64,000 nucleotides of DNA from a virus, in IMG/VR virus record IMGVR_UViG_3300021092_000026, positions 1 to 64,000 of that record, one strand, 5' to 3'. Of the stretch, positions 56,951-64,000 are shown piece by piece. Made by a program: the position numbers and the translations under genes. Each line of letters starts with the position of its first letter. Within the stretch, counting starts at the first letter, position 1. Below the pieces are notes generated by a model. That model made no database searches. It saw only the letters and a program-made list of their open reading frames with translations, and was not told the DNA's origin.

Positions 56951-57598
56951 TTATAAACGTTTATAGATGTAATTACCACTACCAACATGCATTACTTCGG
57001 TATATCCCAAATCTTTTAAAGCATCTCTACCAGTATATGGTTTTTTTAATTCTTTATGTAATACTTCAATGAATATTATTGGTGAATTATTAGTAAGTGT
57101 TTCTTTTGCACCTTCAATAGTATTAACTTCATGTCCCTCCACATCCATTTTGATAAAATCAATATTGGTAAGTTCATAACTATCCAACGTTCTTAAATTT
57201 ATTTCAGTCTGTCTTTGTTTGTGTTTGGTTTCTTTTGTTGTTAGTTTTTTCCACTCAAGCGTAGATGAGCCTGAATTAAAATCCAACTCCCGTATCACTC
57301 CCGTTCCTTCTTTGTTTGAAAGACCTACCTCATTCAAAACCACATTAGAGTATTGTTTTAAATTTTCTTTATGACATTCAATATGTTTTGAAATAGGTTC
57401 GAATGCATATACCTTTTCAAATATTGATGCCATTCTTCTTGTCCAAATACCAACATGGGCGCCAATATCTAATGCAGTTCTACATTTACTCAAATGCATT
57501 ACTACTTCTTTCCAATGTTTAATCTCATAATTCAAACACCAATTTTGCCACATTTCCTCATCAGGAATCCATAGCTTTTTATCTTTTGCTAATTTCAT
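56951..57598 (-). CDS. FkbM-family methyltransferase
   Basis: LDIGAHVG, AFEP and IDFIKMDVEGHE. Confidence 0.9.
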   Translation of the reverse strand: MKLAKDKKLWIPDEEMWQNWCLNYEIKHWKEVVMHLSKCRTALDIGAHVGIWTRRMASIFEKVYAFEPISKHIECHKENLKQYSNVVLNEVGLSNKEGTGVIRELDFNSGSSTLEWKKLTTKETKHKQRQTEINLRTLDSYELTNIDFIKMDVEGHEVNTIEGAKETLTNNSPIIFIEVLHKELKKPYTGRDALKDLGYTEVMHVGSGNYIYKRL

Positions 57599-57610
57599 AA
57601 TTAATTATCG

Positions 57611-57811
57611 TTAAGTTTTTGGTGATTGATTCGCTTTGAGGAACAACAGCAAAATCACCAATAACTTTAAGTTAGATGGCTGATGACCCCCTATGTAATT
57701 CATTACGGTTGTCCCCACCACCCACCAAAATAAAAATAAGTAGATGTTATCACCTACAAAAAAGATAAAATCTATGATTTTTTCTTTTATATATTCTAAA
57801 AAGTTTTTCAT
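57611..57811 (-). CDS. Small membrane protein
   Basis: Two hydrophobic segments. Confidence 0.5.
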   Translation of the reverse strand: MKNFLEYIKEKIIDFIFFVGDNIYLFLFWWVVGTTVMNYIGGHQPSNLKLLVILLLFLKANQSPKT

Positions 57812-57837
57812 TTGTGTAATTTATTTTTTGTATATTG

Positions 57838-58044
57838 CTATTTTATTCTAATTGTAGAATAAATTCGACCATCTATTGTTACCCGTATGTGATAAGTACC
57901 GATTGAATCAATACAAATATAATTTCCACTATTTACAGTATAAACAATAGGGTATGTAGTTTGGAGCATTGGTACATCGTGGTATGGGCCGGAACAGCTT
58001 GTAAGTAGAACACCTAAAACGAGTACTGATAGTAATTTTTTCAT
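57838..58044 (-). CDS. Small lipoprotein
   Basis: MKKLLSVLVLGVLLTS-C lipobox. Confidence 0.7.
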   Translation of the reverse strand: MKKLLSVLVLGVLLTSCSGPYHDVPMLQTTYPIVYTVNSGNYICIDSIGTYHIRVTIDGRIYSTIRIK

Positions 58045-58053
58045 TTGTGTAAT

Positions 58054-58674
58054 TTATTTTTTTGATTTGGTATGCGATTCTTTAATAACAATTTTGGTTA
58101 TGGATTTGATATTCTCTAAAATATCATCAAATCTCTTTTCAATATATTCATCAAAATGAGATTCATCATCAAAATCTCTGCCCCCATCAAATTGAACATC
58201 AAATTTTTGTTCTTTCAGTAATTTTTTTAACAGGAATATTACTCGTGATTTGCCTGAATTTTCAATACCAGAGACATCAATGGTTATTTCATTTTTTGGT
58301 CGGTTGTCTTTGATTACACCATTTGAATCCTCAAAGTAGATACTATTGCCGTTAGAATCATACTCCCGAGTTGACCAATACCCATACGAATCTTTATGGT
58401 AGATTTGATTTCCGTTTGAATCAAATTCCCACTCTGCCCACTGTCCATACGAATCCTCCCAGTAGATTAGATTATTTTTGGAATCATACTCCCGTTTTGT
58501 CCAATCTCCATTGAAAGTTTCAAGATAGATTTCATTTCCATTGGAATCATATTCCCATTTATACCAATCCCCATTCCGATTTTCAAAGTAAATTGGGTTA
58601 TCATTTTTGTCCCGAATTTCCAAGTTATCATTCCTATCGAAATCCCAATTGATTTGCTGTCCTATTGTTTTCAT
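58054..58674 (-). CDS. YD-like repeat family member fused to a P-loop-like domain
   Basis: Four 23-aa repeats, then ITIDVSGIENSGKS. Confidence 0.75.
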   Translation of the reverse strand: MKTIGQQINWDFDRNDNLEIRDKNDNPIYFENRNGDWYKWEYDSNGNEIYLETFNGDWTKREYDSKNNLIYWEDSYGQWAEWEFDSNGNQIYHKDSYGYWSTREYDSNGNSIYFEDSNGVIKDNRPKNEITIDVSGIENSGKSRVIFLLKKLLKEQKFDVQFDGGRDFDDESHFDEYIEKRFDDILENIKSITKIVIKESHTKSKK

Positions 58675-59396
58675 TGTTTCACAAGTTTATACTTTACGCC
58701 TTCAATTTCTATTACTTTGTCCTCGCAGGGTTTTGGTCGGTTGTCTTTGATTACACCATTTGAATCCTCAAAGTAGATTTCATTGCCTTTAGAATCCCAT
58801 TCTCGCTTTGTCCAAAACCCATTTGAATTTTCATAGTAGATTTCTTTACCCTTAGAATCGTATTCCCACCTTTCCCAATCTCCAACTGAATTCTCAGAGT
58901 AGATTAGATTATTTTCGGAATCATACTCCCGCTTTTTCCAATATTCATTTGAAGTTTCAAAATATATTTCATTGCCGTTAGAATCATATTCCCATTTATA
59001 CCAATCTCCATCCGGATTCTCATAATAGATTGGATTATTATTTTTGTTTCGGATTTCCAAGAAACCATAGATTTCAAAATCCCAATTGATTTGCTGTCCT
59101 ATTGTTTTCATAATGTTTTTATTTATATTAACCATACACTTTATACCATCTTCGGATTCAAACACCCATTGGTCCGTATAATCTATTTTAATTTCCTTTA
59201 CAAATCTAAATCTACGAAACCCACACGTTCCAAAATTTTTGATATAAAATTGTTTTTTACCATTTGGAAACGGAAACTTATAATATGAACCAACTTCATG
59301 AAGATTCCAAGCATCACCATAGAATGTATTGGAATTAATATCCCATTTAAAGCTATGAATATCGTAGGTTATGTTTTTCACAACTACAATATACAA
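58671..59396 (-). CDS. YD-like repeat family member with an in-frame N-terminal extension (likely starts GTG 59381 and ATG 59111)
   Basis: Internal MKTIGQQINWDF at 59111; promoter at 59383-59420. Confidence 0.65.
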   Translation of the reverse strand: MYIVVVKNITYDIHSFKWDINSNTFYGDAWNLHEVGSYYKFPFPNGKKQFYIKNFGTCGFRRFRFVKEIKIDYTDQWVFESEDGIKCMVNINKNIMKTIGQQINWDFEIYGFLEIRNKNNNPIYYENPDGDWYKWEYDSNGNEIYFETSNEYWKKREYDSENNLIYSENSVGDWERWEYDSKGKEIYYENSNGFWTKREWDSKGNEIYFEDSNGVIKDNRPKPCEDKVIEIEGVKYKLVKQ

Positions 59397-59456
59397 CAGA
59401 AAACCTATATTTCCAAAATTTTCCGATTAAAATTTATCGTTAAATTTGGGTTAAAG

Positions 59457-59954
59457 TTATTCACAAACAAGATGATTTTTTACCCTTTTTTTAACCACAC
59501 TACCTATCAGTATTTGGCCACGGCCCAACACCTGGTCTAACTCAATCGTTGTTGCATAATAGGAATTGGAGCCTGAAGATGTCCAATCACCCTTCTTTAA
59601 ATTCACAAAGAAAACGAACCATTTCATATCCTCTCCACTATCATCATACGAAACTAATAAATAATCCGATTCCCTTTTGGAATATTCTCCTCCCCTCCAT
59701 ACCCCAACCGTCTTTGCTGTTTTAATTTCCAACGGAACATCCCCCACCCATAAATCAGGTTCACCATCCGTAAAAGGAGAACGAATAGTTGGAACGATAT
59801 CCGAAAATGTTGCCTCTAAAATATTTGATATGATTTCAGACCGGAGTTTCGTAGATAAATGATTATAATGAACTACGGACTTGAATACCTTTAATCGATT
59901 GTTCGCTTCGGTAAGTACGGAGGGTAGATGAACCTTAATGTAATCTATTAGCAT
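59457..59954 (-). CDS. PD-(D/E)xK restriction-endonuclease-like protein
   Basis: E....EPDL....PLEIKT. Confidence 0.6.
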   Translation of the reverse strand: MLIDYIKVHLPSVLTEANNRLKVFKSVVHYNHLSTKLRSEIISNILEATFSDIVPTIRSPFTDGEPDLWVGDVPLEIKTAKTVGVWRGGEYSKRESDYLLVSYDDSGEDMKWFVFFVNLKKGDWTSSGSNSYYATTIELDQVLGRGQILIGSVVKKRVKNHLVCE

Positions 59955-60158
59955 ATCGTTTTGTTTTGTATATTATAAAAGAGCTGAAAAGAAAAGAGCT
60001 AAAAAGAGCTGTATTGTATATTATACAAGCTTTTAGGGGAGTATTTCCACAGCCAAAAAAATGACCTCTATATGAAAACCGGTCCCCCGTCCATAACACA
60101 ATAAATTTTTTTTTGGGTTTACATTGAAATGCTACCCCCCCTCCGTTATAACACATTG

Positions 60159-60371
60159 TTATTTTTTACGAGCTCTTTCCCGTACATCCGGCTTTATCAG
60201 CTCAGCGATTGATACGATGTGGCCACCATATTTTTGTTGGTGTCTTTTCTTAAAGTAGTTAATCTTACTAAGCGCTGCCGCTTGTTCGATTGGTGTACCT
60301 GCTTTAAGTAACTTATCTGTCCAATATTGGATTTTAGGGATATACCCTTCACTATATTTGGTTTTTTTCAT
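60159..60371 (-). CDS. Hypothetical basic protein
   Basis: Packed ORF. Confidence 0.5.
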   Translation of the reverse strand: MKKTKYSEGYIPKIQYWTDKLLKAGTPIEQAAALSKINYFKKRHQQKYGGHIVSIAELIKPDVRERARKK

Positions 60372-60380
60372 TTGGGATTT

Positions 60381-60590
60381 TTAATTGGTGAACCTATATT
60401 GTGTAAATGCTCTCTTTGCTTTACTTATATCATCATCAGTACCTCTACCACTATATAGTATAAGATAGCTGTCAGAATATAAATTTGCTCTATTTAAAAG
60501 TCTATTCACATCCCGCGTTCCATATGCTACATATGCAGCATTGGTGATGTTATTAGGGTTGGTGTATAGTATGAATTTTTGCTTACTCAT
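60381..60590 (-). CDS. Hypothetical protein
   Basis: Packed ORF. Confidence 0.5.
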   Translation of the reverse strand: MSKQKFILYTNPNNITNAAYVAYGTRDVNRLLNRANLYSDSYLILYSGRGTDDDISKAKRAFTQYRFTN

Positions 60591-60701
60591 AATTTTGTAG
60601 GTAATTTTTTCTTTGGTGGGTGGATAGTAGCGAACTTATATCCAAGCAAAAACCAAGTAGCGCTGAGTAGTAAAATTAAAATTGCCATAATTTATTTATA
60701 T

Positions 60702-60944
60702 TTAAATTCCCTTCCACTTTTTACCCAATAGTGAATTAGCAAACCTATTATGCTCTTTAATACACCACTCCGTTGAACTCATTGTGGGTTCGGTGATAGA
60801 TTTAATATTGGGGTTGTGCTCTAACCCTAAGCGCTTGGGTGCAGAGTCTATGGGGTTGTATTTAAAATCCATTGGACTTACTATACTATTACCACTATAT
60901 ACTCTTTTTTTCCTATTGAATAGGGATTGGATTAGCTTTTTCAT
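60702..60944 (-). CDS. Hypothetical protein
   Basis: ATGA-coupled to the upstream gene. Confidence 0.5.
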   Translation of the reverse strand: MKKLIQSLFNRKKRVYSGNSIVSPMDFKYNPIDSAPKRLGLEHNPNIKSITEPTMSSTEWCIKEHNRFANSLLGKKWKGI

Positions 60945-61192
60945 ACTTTAGTTAGTTTATATTTAATTCCATCGATTTCTACTATCTTATTCTCACAGGG
61001 TTTGGGGAGGTTGTCTTCCATTTCACCACTTGAATTCTCATAGAAGACTATATTGCCTTGAGAATCTCGTTCATACTTTGCCCACCATCCATCTGAATAC
61101 TCAAAGTAGATTAATTTACCCCTCTTGTCCCTAATTTGCAAGTCACCGTTGGTCTTGAAATCCCATTTGATTTGCTCAGCTATTGTTTTCAT
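60941..61192 (-). CDS. YD-like repeat family member (1 repeat)
   Basis: MKTIAEQIKWDF cap; PCENKIVEIDGIKYKLTKV tail. Confidence 0.75.
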   Translation of the reverse strand: MKTIAEQIKWDFKTNGDLQIRDKRGKLIYFEYSDGWWAKYERDSQGNIVFYENSSGEMEDNLPKPCENKIVEIDGIKYKLTKV

Positions 61193-61626
61193 ACCTTTGT
61201 TAGTTTATATTTTACACCTTCGATTTCTACTATCTTGTTCTCACAGTGTTTAGGTCGGTTATCCCTGATTTTACCTTTTGAATTCTCATAGTAGATTTCA
61301 TTACCTTCAGAATCGAATTCCTTCTTTTCCCAATGTCCATCTGAATGCTCAATATAGATACGATAACCTTTAGAATCATATTCACACTTTGTCCAATGTC
61401 CATCTTCATGTTCAGTATAGATATGATTACCGTTAGAATCGTATTCAAGCTTTGTCCAACGTCCATCAGAATCCTTCCAATAGTTACAATTACCGTTAGA
61501 ATCGTTCTCATACTTTATCCAATATCCATTTGATTTCTCATAATAGATTTTGCCATTACTGCCTTTGATTTCCAATTCACCATCGGTTGCGAAATCCCAT
61601 TTGATTTGCTCTGCTATTGTTTTCAT
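61189..61626 (-). CDS. YD-like repeat family member (4 repeats)
   Basis: MKTIAEQIKWDF cap; YDSxG repeats; HCENKIVEIEGVKYKLTKV tail. Confidence 0.75.
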   Translation of the reverse strand: MKTIAEQIKWDFATDGELEIKGSNGKIYYEKSNGYWIKYENDSNGNCNYWKDSDGRWTKLEYDSNGNHIYTEHEDGHWTKCEYDSKGYRIYIEHSDGHWEKKEFDSEGNEIYYENSKGKIRDNRPKHCENKIVEIEGVKYKLTKV

Positions 61627-61771
61627 GCTTTTTTAATTAGTTGTCCTGACATAAGTAAATAGTAATCCTGATAATATCCTAACTTTTGTAAATGTTGCAA
61701 TTTTTCGGACTTGGTTAAATTTAAAGACATAATTTGCTTTAATAAATAATAGGGGGGGATGTTTGTGCTTT

Positions 61772-61966
61772 TCATATCTGATTTTTTTTCTCTTCCATTA
61801 AACACTCTATTTGCTCTATTGGGGCAGAAAGTATTAATTGACGTAGCATTTGGTCTTCCATACCCACTCCTCTGATAATTTCTTCCATTGTTTCACCATC
61901 CACATCCTGCAGCATTTCAATGGCTGCATTTACATTGTACGCGTGAGATTGATAATCTTTTATCAT
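61772..61966 (-). CDS. Hypothetical protein
   Basis: Packed ORF. Confidence 0.5.
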   Translation of the reverse strand: MIKDYQSHAYNVNAAIEMLQDVDGETMEEIIRGVGMEDQMLRQLILSAPIEQIECLMEEKKNQI

Positions 61967-61977
61967 AATTGTATATT

Positions 61978-62226
61978 TTACACGATTCGGTTTACTACGA
62001 ACCCCGGTACATCCGAAGCATTGTAGTAGTTCTTAATAGCAACCTCTGCTATAGTATTATCTATTAACCATCCATCAACGATATCGAATATCATCGAATC
62101 ATCTATATCACCAGCATCTCTAACTCCATTTTTGAGTTGTTTTAGCTCTTTATCAAGCCGTGCTTTCGTCCAATTTTTCATAACTCCGACTTTTATTTCG
62201 TTACCATTAAAGTTGAAACCACACAT
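61978..62226 (-). CDS. Hypothetical protein
   Basis: Packed ORF; start uncertain. Confidence 0.45.
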   Translation of the reverse strand: MCGFNFNGNEIKVGVMKNWTKARLDKELKQLKNGVRDAGDIDDSMIFDIVDGWLIDNTIAEVAIKNYYNASDVPGFVVNRIV

Positions 62227-62426
62227 TCCATCTCACGAAACATTTTGACCGGCAGTATAGCCTTCAAATCGTTAGTATCGTAATAATCCACATAAATATT
62301 GGTATGGATTGGGAGTTTGATATTTGATTTCTTACCCGTAATTCGTTCTACATAACTTACCACATCTTTGGCCATCATGTAATTTCCTTTTTTTAATAGC
62401 ATAGCTTTTATTTTATTCACCAACAA
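62193..62426 (-). CDS. Hypothetical protein
   Basis: Packed ORF. Confidence 0.45.
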   Translation of the reverse strand: MLVNKIKAMLLKKGNYMMAKDVVSYVERITGKKSNIKLPIHTNIYVDYYDTNDLKAILPVKMFREMECVVSTLMVTK

Positions 62427-62549
62427 TTAACATCAAAAAGTAGAACAACGTACCACCACCGGCGATAAATAGGATACTACCTATTACCTCCTTCGGGTCA
62501 GTTTTCCACATATCCACAATTTCATTAAACATCTCTTTCATATCTTTCA

Positions 62550-62625
62550 TTAACTTACAATGTAAATATAATACACAAAACCCATATATCCAAGCTTTCT
62601 ATATTAAATTATCGTTAAATTTAAT
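62550..62625 (-). promoter_or_regulatory. Early promoter repeat
   Basis: CTTGGATATATGGGTTTTGTGTATTATATTTACATTGTAAGTTAA plus phased TTTAA. Confidence 0.75.
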
Positions 62626-62970
62626 TCACATCCCTCCGAAATGGGGCGTTCTAAGGGGTTAATATGGTATAATTGCGGAAAGGGGATGTACCAATTAAAG
62701 TGCGAACCATCATCATTCCAAAAAGTTAGGTAAAACTTACCATTTTTGGGGTTAAAATCCGGTTCTTTGGTATGATATTTACCCTTCAATTGGGGATATT
62801 CTGAAAAAAGTTCCATTATTCAACCACAATTTTAAAGATATCCTTCTTTTTTTGGGGTAGAGTACCAACAAGCGCTCTCACACCGGCAAGGGTTGATTTC
62901 AACCGATACCTCGAACATTTAAGGGATTTAACCACCTTACCATTCTGCATCAAATAGACCTCTATCATAA

Positions 62971-63261
62971 TTATTTGGATAAAATTAACATACTCATAGG
63001 AATATTGTAACTACGAAACGGGTACGATACATCATTAACCGATGCTTTGGTTCGGTTGATTTTAGTAACCCGTAGTTTACTACCACGCACCTTTGGGTGG
63101 TCACACGTAACCACATCACCAACTTTCAACTGCGAACCAACCAACTTACTCTCAAGGGCACGGGTGGATTTGATTGTGGCAACTACCATACTATTAAGAG
63201 TACGAAGCTCATCAAGACTTAGTTGGGAAAGGAGGGGGGTAATCGAACTTAATTTATTCAT
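62971..63261 (-). CDS. Hypothetical protein with an SH3-like C-terminus
   Basis: LKVGDVV..VTKINRTKA.V. Confidence 0.6.
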   Translation of the reverse strand: MNKLSSITPLLSQLSLDELRTLNSMVVATIKSTRALESKLVGSQLKVGDVVTCDHPKVRGSKLRVTKINRTKASVNDVSYPFRSYNIPMSMLILSK

Positions 63262-63286
63262 TTTTTAGGGGGTTTATTTCCGAATC

Positions 63287-63358
63287 ACTTACAAAGTAAA
63301 GATACTACACAAAGGGCATATATCCAAGCTTTCTATATTAAATTATCATTAAATTTTA
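63287..63358 (-). promoter_or_regulatory. Early promoter repeat
   Basis: CTTGGATATATGCCCTTTGTGTAGTATCTTTACTTTGTAAG plus phased TTTAA. Confidence 0.75.
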
Positions 63359-63580
63359 AATATACCTTATTTCATAGGAATAAAGAGTTCCACACTCATC
63401 ATCCTCCATTGTATCCTCTACCGCAACTATGGGGTTAGGTAAGAGTTTTTGAAGTTCAACCACATTAATCCGTTTCCAATACCCAAAACGGAAATATAGG
63501 TTACTTTTCCAATCCTCACAGATGTCAAACTCACCGAAATGTTCGTGTATCCGACCGATAACTGATGATGTCATTTTCAT
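63356..63580 (-). CDS. Hypothetical protein
   Basis: LYFRFGYW..E...EDDECG.LY.Y. Confidence 0.55.
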   Translation of the reverse strand: MKMTSSVIGRIHEHFGEFDICEDWKSNLYFRFGYWKRINVVELQKLLPNPIVAVEDTMEDDECGTLYSYEIRYI

Positions 63581-63601
63581 ATTATATATTATTGATTTGA
63601 T

Positions 63602-63964
63602 TTAGTAATCATAAGAGCGAGCCTGATCGGCGGCAAATCTAGAGGTGTGGGTGTAGGCGTAGAGGTATCCTTTCATACCGGATTTAGAATCGGTACTGAC
63701 GAATACGACTGTTGCTTTTTCAAATCCGGCCTCAATGACGGCAGGTACGCCCCCGTTGAACTCAAATGTTTGTGTGAAGCCGGTAGAATACTTTTCCGTT
63801 TCAGGCTTAATCCCATACATTTCCATAATGCCCTTAGTCTGATTGATTATCGTATCAGAATAATCGTAGATAGGTACACCATAGTCGGCAGCATCTCGAT
63901 AGATTTGTTTAGAGCGGTTTTGGATTTCACGAACCAAAGAACCCATTTCTTTATATACTCCCAT
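63602..63964 (-). CDS. Hypothetical protein
   Basis: Minus-strand ORF with an A-rich leader. Confidence 0.55.
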   Translation of the reverse strand: MGVYKEMGSLVREIQNRSKQIYRDAADYGVPIYDYSDTIINQTKGIMEMYGIKPETEKYSTGFTQTFEFNGGVPAVIEAGFEKATVVFVSTDSKSGMKGYLYAYTHTSRFAADQARSYDY

Positions 63965-64000
63965 AAGATTATTTTTTAACCATATCAGCCACCTTCTCCG

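Noticed and set aside
58054-59111. Diversity-generating retroelement TR/VR pair among the repeat genes
   Set aside because: Differences between copies are not adenine-specific (many synonymous C/T changes), both copies are coding, and there is no reverse transcriptase in the window.
59935-60156. 73-aa minus-strand ORF
   Set aside because: Low-complexity translation of repeats and homopolymers; more likely non-coding.
43841-63358. CRISPR array or IS ends as an explanation for the repeated elements
   Set aside because: Copies are kilobases apart, sit directly upstream of genes and match promoter geometry; no cas gene or transposase is seen.
499-63979. All plus-strand ORFs in the track
   Set aside because: They are antisense shadows of well-supported minus-strand genes or tRNAs, with no recognisable motifs.
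1-64000. Alternative genetic code or suppressor tRNA
   Set aside because: Conserved genes are full length in the standard code, TAG and TGA act as stops, and no CTA/TCA anticodon was found.

Overview
This 64 kb window is part of a large, AT-rich, T4-related tailed phage genome. Essentially all real genes are on the minus strand. Several features point to a Bacteroidota host: TTG-N~20-TAnnTTT(G/A) promoters, A-rich leaders without Shine-Dalgarno sequences, a DUF4494-like gene, D-S/T glycosylation sequons and a protein with a T9SS sorting domain. Left part (1-35 kb): prohead protease, portal, terminase, putative internal head proteins, fused Mre11-Rad50, primase, Mom-like DNA modifier, endonuclease I, tail/baseplate genes and a gp55-like sigma factor. 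Right part (35-64 kb): accessory/early genes (HD hydrolase, ClpP, UvsE, Hsp20, MoxR AAA+/vWA pair, thioesterase, dCMP deaminase, RpiB, RNA ligase and kinase, PspC, FkbM), five tRNAs and a five-member family of variable 23-aa repeat proteins. Most notable: (1) a fractured gene in which a naturally split intein, with a free-standing endonuclease between its halves, interrupts a cytidyltransferase/ligase-like fusion right after the predicted catalytic Lys of the KxDG motif (Thr+1 nucleophile); (2) a repeated early-promoter cassette carrying DnaA boxes, 11-bp-phased repeats and a conserved palindrome; (3) a phage-encoded T9SS cargo; (4) an hsp20 mRNA whose 5' and 3' UTRs form a long-range duplex; (5) a candidate late promoter that is the reverse complement of the T4 late promoter. 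All family assignments come from motif recognition by eye; no searches were run.
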